Source of the DNA: an uncultured Verrucomicrobiae bacterium
Lineage (GTDB): Bacteria > Verrucomicrobiota > Verrucomicrobiia > Chthoniobacterales > UBA10450
DNA: 64,000 nt
Assembly (NCBI GenBank): GCA_963815455.1
Contig: CAWFGO010000005.1
Span: forward strand, 96,001 to 160,000
Direction: 5' to 3'
Positions 10,729 through 20,305 of this stretch are shown one piece after another; within the stretch, counting starts at the first letter, position 1, and each line of letters starts with the position of its first letter. A model generated the notes under the pieces. The model was not told where the DNA came from and ran no database searches. It was given only the letters and a program-made list of their open reading frames with translations. The position numbers were made by a program, and so were the translations under genes.

Positions 10729-10835
10729 CCTGTTCGTCTCGGCAGCTTGCCGAGACGTTTCCGAATTGTTGTTCGCTTTGCGAAAGTGTTGCCGGCAAGC
10801 TGCCGGCAACTGCAGGCTAGCAGCCTGCGCTCCCC
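10710..10835. repeat. Long inverted-repeat element (GGAG-type REPIN-like)
   Basis: GGGAGCACAGGCTGCTAGCCTG...CAGGCTAGCAGCCTGCGCTCCC with inner CGGCAGCTTGCCG hairpins; lies between convergent genes. Confidence 0.8.
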
Positions 10836-10853
10836 AGATCTGAGATGTCGAGC

Positions 10854-12783
10854 TTAATGAGTGACGGTCGATTTTTCCCATTCACCCGTCAGGCGTGCGA
10901 GCTCCTCAGTAACGGCGGACAGTTCGCGATTAACGGCGACGGCGCGGCCGCCGGATTCGTAGGCGGCGGGATCTTCGAGAATGGCCAGAAGTTCTTTTTG
11001 CTGGCCTTCCAGCGCGGCAATTTTCATTTCGAGCTCGCGCAGGCGTTTTTCCCTGGCCCGCTTGGCCTGGCCAATCGCATTGCGCGCTTCGGCTTCCAAA
11101 CGTTTCTGCGCTTTCCGTGAGCCGGCAGAGCGGGGCGCGGTTTCGGCGCCATTCGATTGTCGATCCTGGCAGGCCTTGTCCGGAAGTGAGTGCGGTTCGT
11201 GCCGACGTGGCTTTCGATTTGTCCAAATAGTATTGGTAGTCGCCGGGATATGGCGTCAGCCGGCCGACGGCGATGTGAAGGATGCTCTTGGCAATGGCGC
11301 GGATGAAATGCACGTCGTGGCTGATGAAGATGAGCGTTCCGTGATATTGCTTGAGCGCACCGATCAGCGCATCGATCGATCCAACATCGAGATGCGTTGT
11401 CGGCTCATCCATGAGCAGGAGATTGGGCGGATCGAGCAGAAGCTTGACCAGCGCTAAACGGGACTTTTCACCGCCACTGAGCACTGCCACCGATTTGAAA
11501 ACGTCGTCGCCGCGAAACAAGAACGACCCAAGAACAGTGCGTGCCGTTTGCTCGGAAACGGGGTTGGGCGCGTCGAGCGCACTTTCGAGAACTGTGTGAC
11601 GCGGGTTTAAGACATCGATGCGATTCTGGGAAAAGTAACCGACCCGAACATTGTGTCCGAGATCGCGCGTGCCCTTCTGCACCTCCAGAACGCCGGCGAG
11701 CAATTTGAGCAGCGTGGATTTGCCCGCGCCGTTTGGGCCGACCAGAACGGTGCGCTGTCCGCGCTCGGCATGAAATTGCATTCCCCGATAAACGACGAGG
11801 TCGCCGTAGGCATGATCGATATCTTTCAGCGTGATAACACGCAGACCGCTTCGCGGCGGCTGGGGAAAATGAAACTTGATTGTTCTCGCGTGGGCGGTCG
11901 GGGCCGCGATTTTTTCCATGCGATCGATCTGCTTCAGTTTGCTTTGCGCCTGCGAAGCTTTGCTGGCCTTTGCTCGAAAGCGATCGGCAAAAAGTTGCAG
12001 CGAGGCGATCTCCTTTTGTTGATTCTTGTAAGCTGAGAGTTGTTGCGCTTCGCGGGCTGCTTTCTGTTCGATGTAGCTGTCCCAGTTGCCGCGATAACGG
12101 ACCAGCTTCGAATTCGCGATCTCGACGATGCCCCCAACAAGCTGGTTCAGAAACTCGCGGTCGTGGGAGATCATCACGATCGCGCCCGGATAAGTTCGCA
12201 GATATTCCTGAAACCACTGGAGCGATTCCAGATCGAGATGGTTCGTCGGCTCATCGAGAAGAAGAAGATCCGGCTCCATCACCAGAAGGCGGGCAAGATG
12301 TGCGCGCATGACCCAGCCGCCACTCAGTGCCCGCGCCGGCCGATCAAAATCACTTTCTCGAAAGGCGAGTCCCGCGAGCACGCGTTTCGCCTTCGGTTCG
12401 AGCTGCCAGCCGCCGTGCTCGTCGAAAACGTGCAAAGCACGATGATACGCCGCGTCATCGGACCCGGCACCGAGCTCGTGTTGTTTAATGACCTTTTGCG
12501 CGTGGACAAGCTCCGGCGTGATTGCCAAAGCCAGCTCGAGCACGGTTTCGTCACCTGCCGCCGCAGTTTCCTGCGGCAGAAATCCGATCGTTACGCTTTT
12601 TTCGGATGCAACCTCGCCGCTGTCAGGAGAGATCTCGCCGAGAATGAGCGAGAATAGGGTGGATTTGCCGGCGCCATTTGGCCCGACCAGTCCGAGGCGA
12701 TCGCCGCGATTGACTTGGAGCGAGACCTTGTCAAAGAGCGGGCGGCCGCTAAACGATTTGCTGAGCTGAGAGACGGTGAGCAT
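10854..12783 (-). CDS. ABC-F family ATPase (frameshift near 11150)
   Basis: Two GPNGAGKSTL Walker A motifs, LSGGW and LSGGE, DEPTNHLD; the C-terminal coiled coil continues in ORF 10854..11099. Confidence 0.93.
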
Positions 12784-12846
12784 TGCGAAACGCGAAGTGT
12801 TCACGCGCTCGGCGCTGTGCGCAACCCATGTTCGGTTGCTGGGCAG

Positions 12847-13398
12847 TTAGATTTTGCGTGAGTCGTAGGCCCAGTGGAGCAGCGCCTGGCGTTGCTTGCG
12901 CCGGCAATTCAGATCGCGCGGACGGCAGTTCTTCCTCAGTTGCGCAACATGCCGGCGAACAGCCTTCCATCGCTCGATCTGGCGTTCATCATCGATGCAG
13001 CGGCGCCCCATGTAGTAGCGGCAATACCATTGAAACCAGCCGCGCGGATCTTGGTCATAAATCCATCCTTTCTTCCGCCAAACAGAGAGTGGTTGCGACG
13101 CGTTCACGCCGAAAAAGTTCAGCGCCGGATCGTGTCGATCCTGGCAAAGCTTCGCTCGCGTGAGCCAGTCGGCCGGAAATTCCGCCGTGCAATCGTTCAT
13201 GTATCTGCCGCCGAATACGCCGAGCCGCAGCATTTGTTTGGGCGAAAGCTCGGGCCGGAAATCGAAACGAAAATCGCGCCCGACCGGCTTCGTCCGATAA
13301 TAAACGTAGCCCTTCTGCATCAGGTCGTTTACTTCGATGCGAAGTGGTCTTGGGCATTGGCCACCGCGTTCTCTAGACTTGCTTTTTCTGTGTCCCAT
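12847..13398 (-). CDS. Conserved hypothetical protein (DPRGWFQWYCRYY family)
   Basis: FRPELSPKQML.LGVFGG.Y, NFFGVNAS, DPRGWFQWYCRYYMGRR, QRQALLHWAYD; start uncertain. Confidence 0.8.
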   Translation of the reverse strand: MGHRKSKSRERGGQCPRPLRIEVNDLMQKGYVYYRTKPVGRDFRFDFRPELSPKQMLRLGVFGGRYMNDCTAEFPADWLTRAKLCQDRHDPALNFFGVNASQPLSVWRKKGWIYDQDPRGWFQWYCRYYMGRRCIDDERQIERWKAVRRHVAQLRKNCRPRDLNCRRKQRQALLHWAYDSRKI

Positions 13399-13414
13399 GG
13401 CTGAGAAATAGACG

Positions 13415-14553
13415 ATGCGCATTTTTGTTCCAAAGGAAACAACTCCCGGAGAAAGGCGCGCGGCCATTGTTCCTGAGACGGTGAAGAAATTCCTAGCACT
13501 GGGAGCTGAGGTCGGGATCGAGCACGGGCTAGGCGATTTGATCTGTCGCAGCGACGTGGAATATCAAAGCGCCGGCGCCGCCGTGATCGCAGATCGCACA
13601 TCCGGTTTAGGCGAGGCCGACTGCGTGCTGCGGTTGCAAAAACCGTCCGCTGCCGAAATCGCGCAGTTGCGGGAGCATTGCGTTCACATCAGTTTTCTCG
13701 ATCCGTTTAACGAACGCGATCTCATCGAGCGCTTCGCGGCAGCCAAGGTGAGCGCGATCTGCATGGAAATGATTCCGCGCTCAACGATCGCGCAAAAAAT
13801 GGACGCGCTGAGCTCGCAGTCGAGCCTCGCTGGATATCACGCGATAATCCTCGCAGCCGATGAGCTCGACCGCATTTTCCCAATGATGATGACTCCTGCC
13901 GGCACGATCCAGCCGGCGCGCGTTTTCGTGATCGGCGTAGGCGTGGCAGGTTTGCAAGCAATCGCGACGGCAAAGCGGCTCGGCGCGCGCGTGGAAGCAT
14001 TCGACACGCGGCCGGTGGTGGAAGAGCAGGTACGTTCGCTGGGCGCCCGGTTCGTAAGAGTCGATCTGGGCGAGACTGGTCAGACCGAACAGGGCTATGC
14101 AAAAGCGCTGACTGAAGAACAGCTCGCGGCGCAACGCGAAGTCATGGCCAAACATTGTGCAAATGTCCGACGTGGTGATCACATCCGCGCAAGTCTTTGG
14201 CCGAAAAGCGCCGGTGATTGTGACAACGGAGATGGTGAAGCGAATGAAACCTGGCAGCATCGTTATCGATCTTGCAATCGAAACTGGTGGAAACGTCGGA
14301 GTGCGCGGAGTTCGACAAGGTGGTGGAAGTCAATGGTGTCCGCGTTTTCGGATACGCTAACATGCCCTCGCGTGCGGCCTGGCCGGCCAGCGAAATGTAT
14401 TCGAATAACGTGGGAGCGCTGGTCGAACATCTCTGGAATAAGGAACAGAAGACCATCGTTGTTGATCCCGCGGACGAATTGCTGCGCGGTTGTCTCATCA
14501 CGCACGCGGGCAATGTCGTCAACGAAACCATCAGGAAACACCACAAGTTATGA
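13415..14553 (+). CDS. pntAA: NAD(P) transhydrogenase alpha subunit part 1 (two frameshifts)
   Basis: PKETTPGERRAAIVPE, AQKMDALSSQ, GVGVAGLQA; continues DVVIT..MKPGSIVIDLA (14157 frame), then ASEMYSNN (14272 frame). Confidence 0.93.
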
Positions 14554-14828
14554 TCGACATCTTCATTTTTATTTTTGTCCTGTCTGTTTTTCTCGGTTTT
14601 GAGTTGATCTCGAAAGTCCCATCGCAATTGCACACTCCCTTGATGTCAGGGTCGAACGCGATTTCGGGCATCACCATTGTCGGCGCGCTGGTGGCGGCGG
14701 GTGTGGGCGGCGGCGAGTTCGCCACGTGGCTGGGCTTCATCGCCGTGATTTGCGCCACAATCAACGTGGTGGGCGGCTATCTCGTGACCGACCGGATGCT
14801 GGCGATGTTCAGGAAAAAGAAAGAGTAG
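14550..14828 (+). CDS. pntAB: NAD(P) transhydrogenase alpha subunit part 2
   Basis: VPSQLHTPLMSGSNAISGI, NVVGGYLVTDRML. Confidence 0.95.
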   Translation: MIDIFIFIFVLSVFLGFELISKVPSQLHTPLMSGSNAISGITIVGALVAAGVGGGEFATWLGFIAVICATINVVGGYLVTDRMLAMFRKKKE

Positions 14829-14831
14829 GCG

Positions 14832-16190
14832 ATGGAGTGGCTCTACATCATTGCGGCGTCGCTGTTCGTAATCGGGCTGAAAATGCTCGGCTCGCCCCAG
14901 ACCGCTCGGAATGGGAATTTAGTCTCAGCGGTTGGTATGTTGATCGCGATCGGCGCGACGCTGTTCCAGGGCGGGCTGAGTTTCACCTGGATCATCGCTG
15001 GAATTATTATCGGCTCTGCCATCGGCGCGATTTCGGCCTATCGAGTGAAGATGACATCCATGCCGGAAATGGTTGCGCTTTTCAACGGCTTCGGCGGACT
15101 GGCCAGTTTGCTCGTGGGCTGGGCCGAATATCACATGCACAGAGATGCGCCCACGTTCACCATTGTGTCCATCTATCTCGCCGTTTTGATCGGGGGCGTT
15201 ACTTTTACTGGAAGCATTCTGGCGTTTGCCAAACTTTCCGAGCTTGTAACCGGTAAGCCGGTAATGTTTCGGGGGCAGCAATTCGTTAACGCTTTGCTAC
15301 TTATCACTGCGGTGGCCTTCGGGATCATTTTCACAATCGATCCCGAGGCGCACTACGCGATCTTGATTGGCGGGGTGGCGATCGCCCTGGTCTTAGGCAT
15401 CTTTTCGGTGTTGCCCATCGGAGGCGCGGACATGCCGGTAGTGATCTCCTTGCTCAACAGTTACTCCGGTCTGGCCGGCACTGCCGCCGGTTTCGTTCTT
15501 CAGAACAACATGCTCATCGTGGCCGGCACATTGGTGGGCGCGAGCGGAATCATTCTTACCCAGATCATGTGCAAGGCGATGAATCGCTCGTTGGCCCATG
15601 TCCTCTTCAGCGGGTTCGGCTCGGCTGCCGGTGCTATTGCGGCCGCAGGTGAAAAGAAGGATGCGAAATCGCTTTCGTCGGCCGATGCCTACTTCGTTCT
15701 GGAAGCGGCGCGCTCGGTTGTCTTTGTGCCCGGTTATGGAATGGCGGTCGCCCAGGCGCAGCATATGGTCAAGGAGCTGGCCGATCATCTCGAAGCAAAT
15801 GGCGCCGAAGTAAAATATGCGATCCATCCCGTCGCTGGGCGAATGCCCGGGCACATGAACGTGCTGCTGGCTGAAGCGGATGTCCCCTACGAACAACTGG
15901 TCGAGATGGACGCGATTAATCCTGTGATGCCGACCGTCGACGTCGCTCTCGTTATCGGCGCGAACGACGTGGTCAATCCCGCGGCGCGCGAAGAGAAATC
16001 GAGTCCGATTTACGGCATGCCCATCATCAATGTCGATCAGGCGCACACCGTCTTCGTGCTCAAGCGCTCGATGGCATCCGGCTTCGCCGGCGTGGAGAAC
16101 CCGCTCTTTTTCAAGGAAAACACGCGGATGATTTTCGGCGACGCCAAGAAAACGCTGCAGGAAATCGTGACTGAATTTAAGGCGGCGTAA
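14832..16190 (+). CDS. pntB: NAD(P) transhydrogenase beta subunit
   Basis: MPEMVALFNGFGG, GGADMPVVISLLNSYSG, HPVAGRMPGHMNVLLAEA. Confidence 0.97.
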   Translation: MEWLYIIAASLFVIGLKMLGSPQTARNGNLVSAVGMLIAIGATLFQGGLSFTWIIAGIIIGSAIGAISAYRVKMTSMPEMVALFNGFGGLASLLVGWAEYHMHRDAPTFTIVSIYLAVLIGGVTFTGSILAFAKLSELVTGKPVMFRGQQFVNALLLITAVAFGIIFTIDPEAHYAILIGGVAIALVLGIFSVLPIGGADMPVVISLLNSYSGLAGTAAGFVLQNNMLIVAGTLVGASGIILTQIMCKAMNRSLAHVLFSGFGSAAGAIAAAGEKKDAKSLSSADAYFVLEAARSVVFVPGYGMAVAQAQHMVKELADHLEANGAEVKYAIHPVAGRMPGHMNVLLAEADVPYEQLVEMDAINPVMPTVDVALVIGANDVVNPAAREEKSSPIYGMPIINVDQAHTVFVLKRSMASGFAGVENPLFFKENTRMIFGDAKKTLQEIVTEFKAA

Positions 16191-16386
16191 CCTTTGGCGT
16201 TGGCTTTCGGTTGGACTCGGCAGTCGGTGCATTCCGCTCGTGTCTGGTAATGGCCGCCGCCGCCTTTTTCGGTGGAGGAGAGGATGGGGCCGGATGCGTA
16301 TCGCGATAGAACTTCGTTCCGAGGCCGAGCATAAAAGCGGCCAGGATGAAAATTGCGACTCGCTTCTCCCGCGGGGTAAGGACCAC
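16177..16386 (-). CDS. Small single-TM hypothetical protein
   Basis: LTPREKRVAIFILAAFMLGLG membrane anchor followed by a Pro/Lys tail; GTG start assumed. Confidence 0.55.
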   Translation of the reverse strand: MVLTPREKRVAIFILAAFMLGLGTKFYRDTHPAPSSPPPKKAAAAITRHERNAPTAESNRKPTPKVTPP

Positions 16387-16427
16387 TCTTCGCCTGACCT
16401 CCTCGAAGGTGAAGCGCCGGCGAGTTT

Positions 16428-16781
16428 TCAATCGCTGGCTTTTTGTGTTTGCCACTTCCTCACCCGAAAGCATCGGAAGTTTCCTCTGACGTGCTCGTGG
16501 TAATAATGCGCCTTTGATTGCGAAGCCATTAACTTGTGATGGACCGAACGCGGAACGCCGACGTAGCGATAAATAGCGCCGTTCAAGAATTCGATTTCGA
16601 GAATTTGAAGACGCTTGCTGTAACCAACGAAAGCGATTGCGCTTGAGGCAACCGGCTCGCGTGGAATCCGCGAAGTGATTTTCTCAGGCTGATCTTGAGA
16701 TGCCGCCGGTGTTTCTTGGGGAACACAGAGCGCTATCCCAGCGGCAATCAAGATCGACAGCCAGCTTGATGCGGCATTCAT
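16428..16781 (-). CDS. KTSC domain protein with N-terminal signal-like segment
   Basis: VASSAIAFVGY...LEIEFLNGAIYRY.GVP...LMASQSK..YY...VRG pattern. Confidence 0.85.
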   Translation of the reverse strand: MNAASSWLSILIAAGIALCVPQETPAASQDQPEKITSRIPREPVASSAIAFVGYSKRLQILEIEFLNGAIYRYVGVPRSVHHKLMASQSKAHYYHEHVRGNFRCFRVRKWQTQKASD

Positions 16782-16888
16782 CGTGAGTGGTCTAGCAAAA
16801 ACGAGCCGGACCTGGCCAGACAAATTAACGCCTCAAGAATTTTGTCATTTCGCTGGGGCGATTACGGTGCGAATATAGCGGATAAACA

Positions 16889-17593
16889 ATGGCTTTGCTT
16901 AAGACCTCCACCAGCTCTGTTTGCGGACTCCTGTTCGTGCTCGCCGGATTTTGTCATGCCGACACAATTCAATTGCGCTCGGGTCAGGAAGTTCACGCCA
17001 CCGTCGCCAGATACAAAAACAACGCATTCGAAGTGCGGACCGACGACGGCAAAACGATGAGTTATCCGTCCAACAACGTGAAGAGTATTCGATTCGATGC
17101 GCGTAGTTCTCCCTCCAAGCTGGCTACACGCACAAATGGATTGCAGGAGGGAACCGTTACGATGTTTGAAAACGGTAAGCTCACCGTTGCCCAGCCCAAC
17201 GGAAGCCGGACTTTCCCAACGATCTTTGTCGACCGTGTGGATTTCGTCGCCGATCGGGGTCAAAGCATCGAGCTAATCGCGCGCGGTCAGCAGGTGGACA
17301 TCAAGCAGCATCTTGCGCTCGGCAATGTCACGATTGTCGACTTTTATGCTGAATGGTGCGGGCCATGTAAGAAAATTTCGCCGGTGCTAGAGCGGCTTGC
17401 TCAAACCGATCCCGAGATTGCGCTGCGCAAGATCGACATCGTCAATTGGCAATCGCCCGTGGCCAAGCAGTACAAGATCGATGGGGTGCCGCACGTTGAG
17501 GTCTACAATCGTCAAGGTGAGCTTGTCGGGTCGGTCAGCGGAGTGGACCCCGCAACGGTGTTGAAATACGTCGCGAAAGCCAAAAGCGGCTAG
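16889..17593 (+). CDS. Exported thioredoxin-domain protein
   Basis: Signal peptide; DFYAEWCGPCK; cis-Pro motif GVPH. Confidence 0.9.
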   Translation: MALLKTSTSSVCGLLFVLAGFCHADTIQLRSGQEVHATVARYKNNAFEVRTDDGKTMSYPSNNVKSIRFDARSSPSKLATRTNGLQEGTVTMFENGKLTVAQPNGSRTFPTIFVDRVDFVADRGQSIELIARGQQVDIKQHLALGNVTIVDFYAEWCGPCKKISPVLERLAQTDPEIALRKIDIVNWQSPVAKQYKIDGVPHVEVYNRQGELVGSVSGVDPATVLKYVAKAKSG

Positions 17594-17761
17594 TTGCTGC
17601 GAAGTCCATTGTCATTTCGGTGGGCTTGTTCTACAATCGGGCCTCGAACGCCAGATTCTACCCAGCTAATCGAATGTTCTCTCCACGCATTCGGCCATCT
17701 GAAAGGGGCTTTGGCTACGGTTACCAATCCCGCCTAAGACATAGAAACTTAGCTTATTCTC

Positions 17762-19513
17762 GTGAGTAGAACATGTTCCTCCCAGGTTGGGTTCTTGGCG
17801 CCGCGCGTCCTTTTTGCTTTCGGCCTTTGCTCTGTCGGGGTGCTGCTTGGTGTGATTGGCCTTTCAGCCAAGCCTCTCGGGTCTGCGGTTAATGATGGAA
17901 TCCAACGCCGGTCCGAAGCGGGGAAAAGGATCAACAAGCCCGGTTTCGATCGATCTGTTGCAGGCCCCGGGTTTATTGATGGTTACGAAGTGAATTATCT
18001 GTCGGGCGTGGCCTGCAATTCTGCCACCGATTGCTGGGCAGTGGGCGGCTTCGCTTCGGCCTGGATTGAGCATTGGAACGGATCGCATTGGTCGGGCGTG
18101 GTCGGTCCTGTTTTTAGTTCGATTTCCATCTTGTCGGATTTGACCTGTGTTTCAGCTGTCGATTGCTGGGCAGTCGGTAGTTTCCACAACGTTGCCAGCG
18201 GCCGGGTCGAAACGCTGATCGAGCATTGGGACGGAACCGATTGGTCCATGGTCAGTTCGCCAAACGCAAGCGCATCAATTCCCAACAAGCTGGGCGCGGT
18301 GACCTGTCAGTCGGCATCCGATTGTTGGGCGGTTGGATCGTACGGCGCCTACACGACTTTCCCGCAACAAACGCTCATCGAACATTGGGACGGTTTCTCG
18401 TGGTCGATTGTGGCGTCTCCCAATACCAGCCCGACGCAGGAAAATTTTCTGAGCGATGTCACCTGTACTGGTCCGTCCGATTGTTGGGCGGTTGGACACA
18501 CGACGTTGTCTACACGGGGCCTGATCGAGCATTGGGATGGGGCGGCGTGGAGCATTGTCACGTCGCCAGCTCCAAACACACCCCTGGCAATTTATGGGGT
18601 GACCTGCTCATCTCCCACGGAATGCTGGGCGGTTGGGTATTTTCACAATGGCGCTGGGAATCAAAGTCTGGTTGAAAAATGGGACGGGAGTTCTTGGACA
18701 ATCGTCGGCACGCCATACGGAAAATCGGAGTCGCTTGCTCGTGTGACCTGCACATCGGCCTCGAATTGTTGGGCGGTAGGCGATGATTCTCAAAGCAACG
18801 GGATCACTGTTGCGCATTGGGACGGTATTGGCTGGAGCATTGTTGCGGCGCCAAATCCGGGAGCGGATGGCGAAGCGCTCACCGCGGTGGCTTGTGTTTC
18901 TGCTCAAGATTGCTGGGCCGTTGGCTATACCAGCTCCCATGGCCAGCTATTCGAACACTGGGATGGTGGAGCCTGGTCCATTTTTCCAATCCCCGCGCCC
19001 AATTTGAGCGCAGTTGTATCTCGAAAAGTTCATGGCACCACGGGCTACTGGGATATCAATCTTCCACAAACTGGAACCCCCGGGGTGGAATGTCGATTTG
19101 GGGGATCCAATCGCGCCTACCAAATGGTCTTCACATTCGACACCGACCTCACGAACGTTGCAGGCGTGAACACGAATGCCGGGAGTGTTAGCAATAGTTC
19201 TATTGGACCGAATCCGAATCAATACACCGTAAATCTTACCGAGATTCCGAATGCCCAGTACATCGCCGTGACATTAGACACTGTCCAAGATGTCGAAGGT
19301 GGCACTGGCAACGCGGCGGCCACGATGGGAGTGCTCATCGGTGATAGCAGTGGAAACGGTGTAATCAATTCCACCGATCTTTCGCAGACCAAGGCGCGAG
19401 TCGGCCAGCCAATCACCACGAATACCTTCCGCTCCGACATTCAGGCTAACGGAAGCGTTAACGCGGCGGACATCTCTCTCGTGAAACTGAACATGGGATC
19501 TTCGCTCCCGTAG
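17762..19513 (+). CDS. Secreted protein: seven C-x5-CWAVG...HWDG repeats plus C-terminal VSRK/dockerin-like module
   Basis: Seven repeats counted; tail VSRKVHG...GVECR...GDSSGNGVINSTD...DIQANGSVNAAD. Confidence 0.85.
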   Translation: MSRTCSSQVGFLAPRVLFAFGLCSVGVLLGVIGLSAKPLGSAVNDGIQRRSEAGKRINKPGFDRSVAGPGFIDGYEVNYLSGVACNSATDCWAVGGFASAWIEHWNGSHWSGVVGPVFSSISILSDLTCVSAVDCWAVGSFHNVASGRVETLIEHWDGTDWSMVSSPNASASIPNKLGAVTCQSASDCWAVGSYGAYTTFPQQTLIEHWDGFSWSIVASPNTSPTQENFLSDVTCTGPSDCWAVGHTTLSTRGLIEHWDGAAWSIVTSPAPNTPLAIYGVTCSSPTECWAVGYFHNGAGNQSLVEKWDGSSWTIVGTPYGKSESLARVTCTSASNCWAVGDDSQSNGITVAHWDGIGWSIVAAPNPGADGEALTAVACVSAQDCWAVGYTSSHGQLFEHWDGGAWSIFPIPAPNLSAVVSRKVHGTTGYWDINLPQTGTPGVECRFGGSNRAYQMVFTFDTDLTNVAGVNTNAGSVSNSSIGPNPNQYTVNLTEIPNAQYIAVTLDTVQDVEGGTGNAAATMGVLIGDSSGNGVINSTDLSQTKARVGQPITTNTFRSDIQANGSVNAADISLVKLNMGSSLP

Positions 19514-19529
19514 GCAGGCACACTCACTA

Positions 19530-20264
19530 TCAGCGCCCGAGCGGAGTTGTGACCTCTGTTTCTCGCGGGGGAGTAAACTCGAATGTCGATGCCGAAATGG
19601 GCGCACGCGATTGGTTCGAATAATTCGTGATGACGCGGTCGCCATTTGGTTGCACAACCTCCGTGCGTTCGGCCAGAAGGTCGCTATTCAGCCGGAGATC
19701 GAATTTCTGAAACGTACGTTTCATGGATGACGAGCGTGGCAGGAGTTCCAACTCGTAGCCATTGTCGATCTTTGATCCCGTAACGTGAAATGTGTTTTCG
19801 ATATTTTCCATGTTCAGCGCCGTGTTGATCGCGGCGATTGCCGCATCGACCGGGGAGCGTTTACCGAGCGTGTAATGCTCGGCTGATTTGAAATTCGGAT
19901 AATAAATCCAGAGGTCGCGGCCGTTGCTCACCGTCACGCTTGGTGCGTTGCCTTTCACTTCGCGTCGGAACTTGTTTGGCGCTTCAAACCAGACTTTGCC
20001 CGTGCTCACAATCGGTTTGTTCATGAGCCGAATCGCTTTCTCCTCGCGAAAATCCGCCGAGACATGCGGCGCGGCCGCGCGCCGCTCCCGAATCTTCGCC
20101 AAAAGATCTTTGAGTTCATCCTGTGAAAGTGGAGCTGCCTGTGCCAGGCCAGCCAGAACGATAAGCGAGGCGGTCGCACAGGCAGGGACGGACCTCCGGG
20201 CCGTCCGACAAATTCTTCGGCGCGCTCGGAGAGCGCGCCCTACCTGAGAAATCATGTTGCGCAT
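19530..20264 (-). CDS. LolA-like outer-membrane lipoprotein carrier
   Basis: ADFREEK, STGKVWFEAPNKFRRE, VSNGRDLWIYYP, FEFTPP. Confidence 0.85.
   Translation of the reverse strand: MRNMISQVGRALRARRRICRTARRSVPACATASLIVLAGLAQAAPLSQDELKDLLAKIRERRAAAPHVSADFREEKAIRLMNKPIVSTGKVWFEAPNKFRREVKGNAPSVTVSNGRDLWIYYPNFKSAEHYTLGKRSPVDAAIAAINTALNMENIENTFHVTGSKIDNGYELELLPRSSSMKRTFQKFDLRLNSDLLAERTEVVQPNGDRVITNYSNQSRAPISASTFEFTPPRETEVTTPLGR
20181..20244. repeat. REP doublet inside the 5' end of the LolA-like ORF
   Basis: GGCAGGGACGGACCTCCGGGCCGTCC facing the reverse complement of GGTAGGGCGCGCTCTCCGAGCGCGCC. Confidence 0.75.
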
Positions 20265-20305
20265 ATTAGTTGTCGATCTTGCAGTTGGACGTTGGATGTT
20301 TGCGT

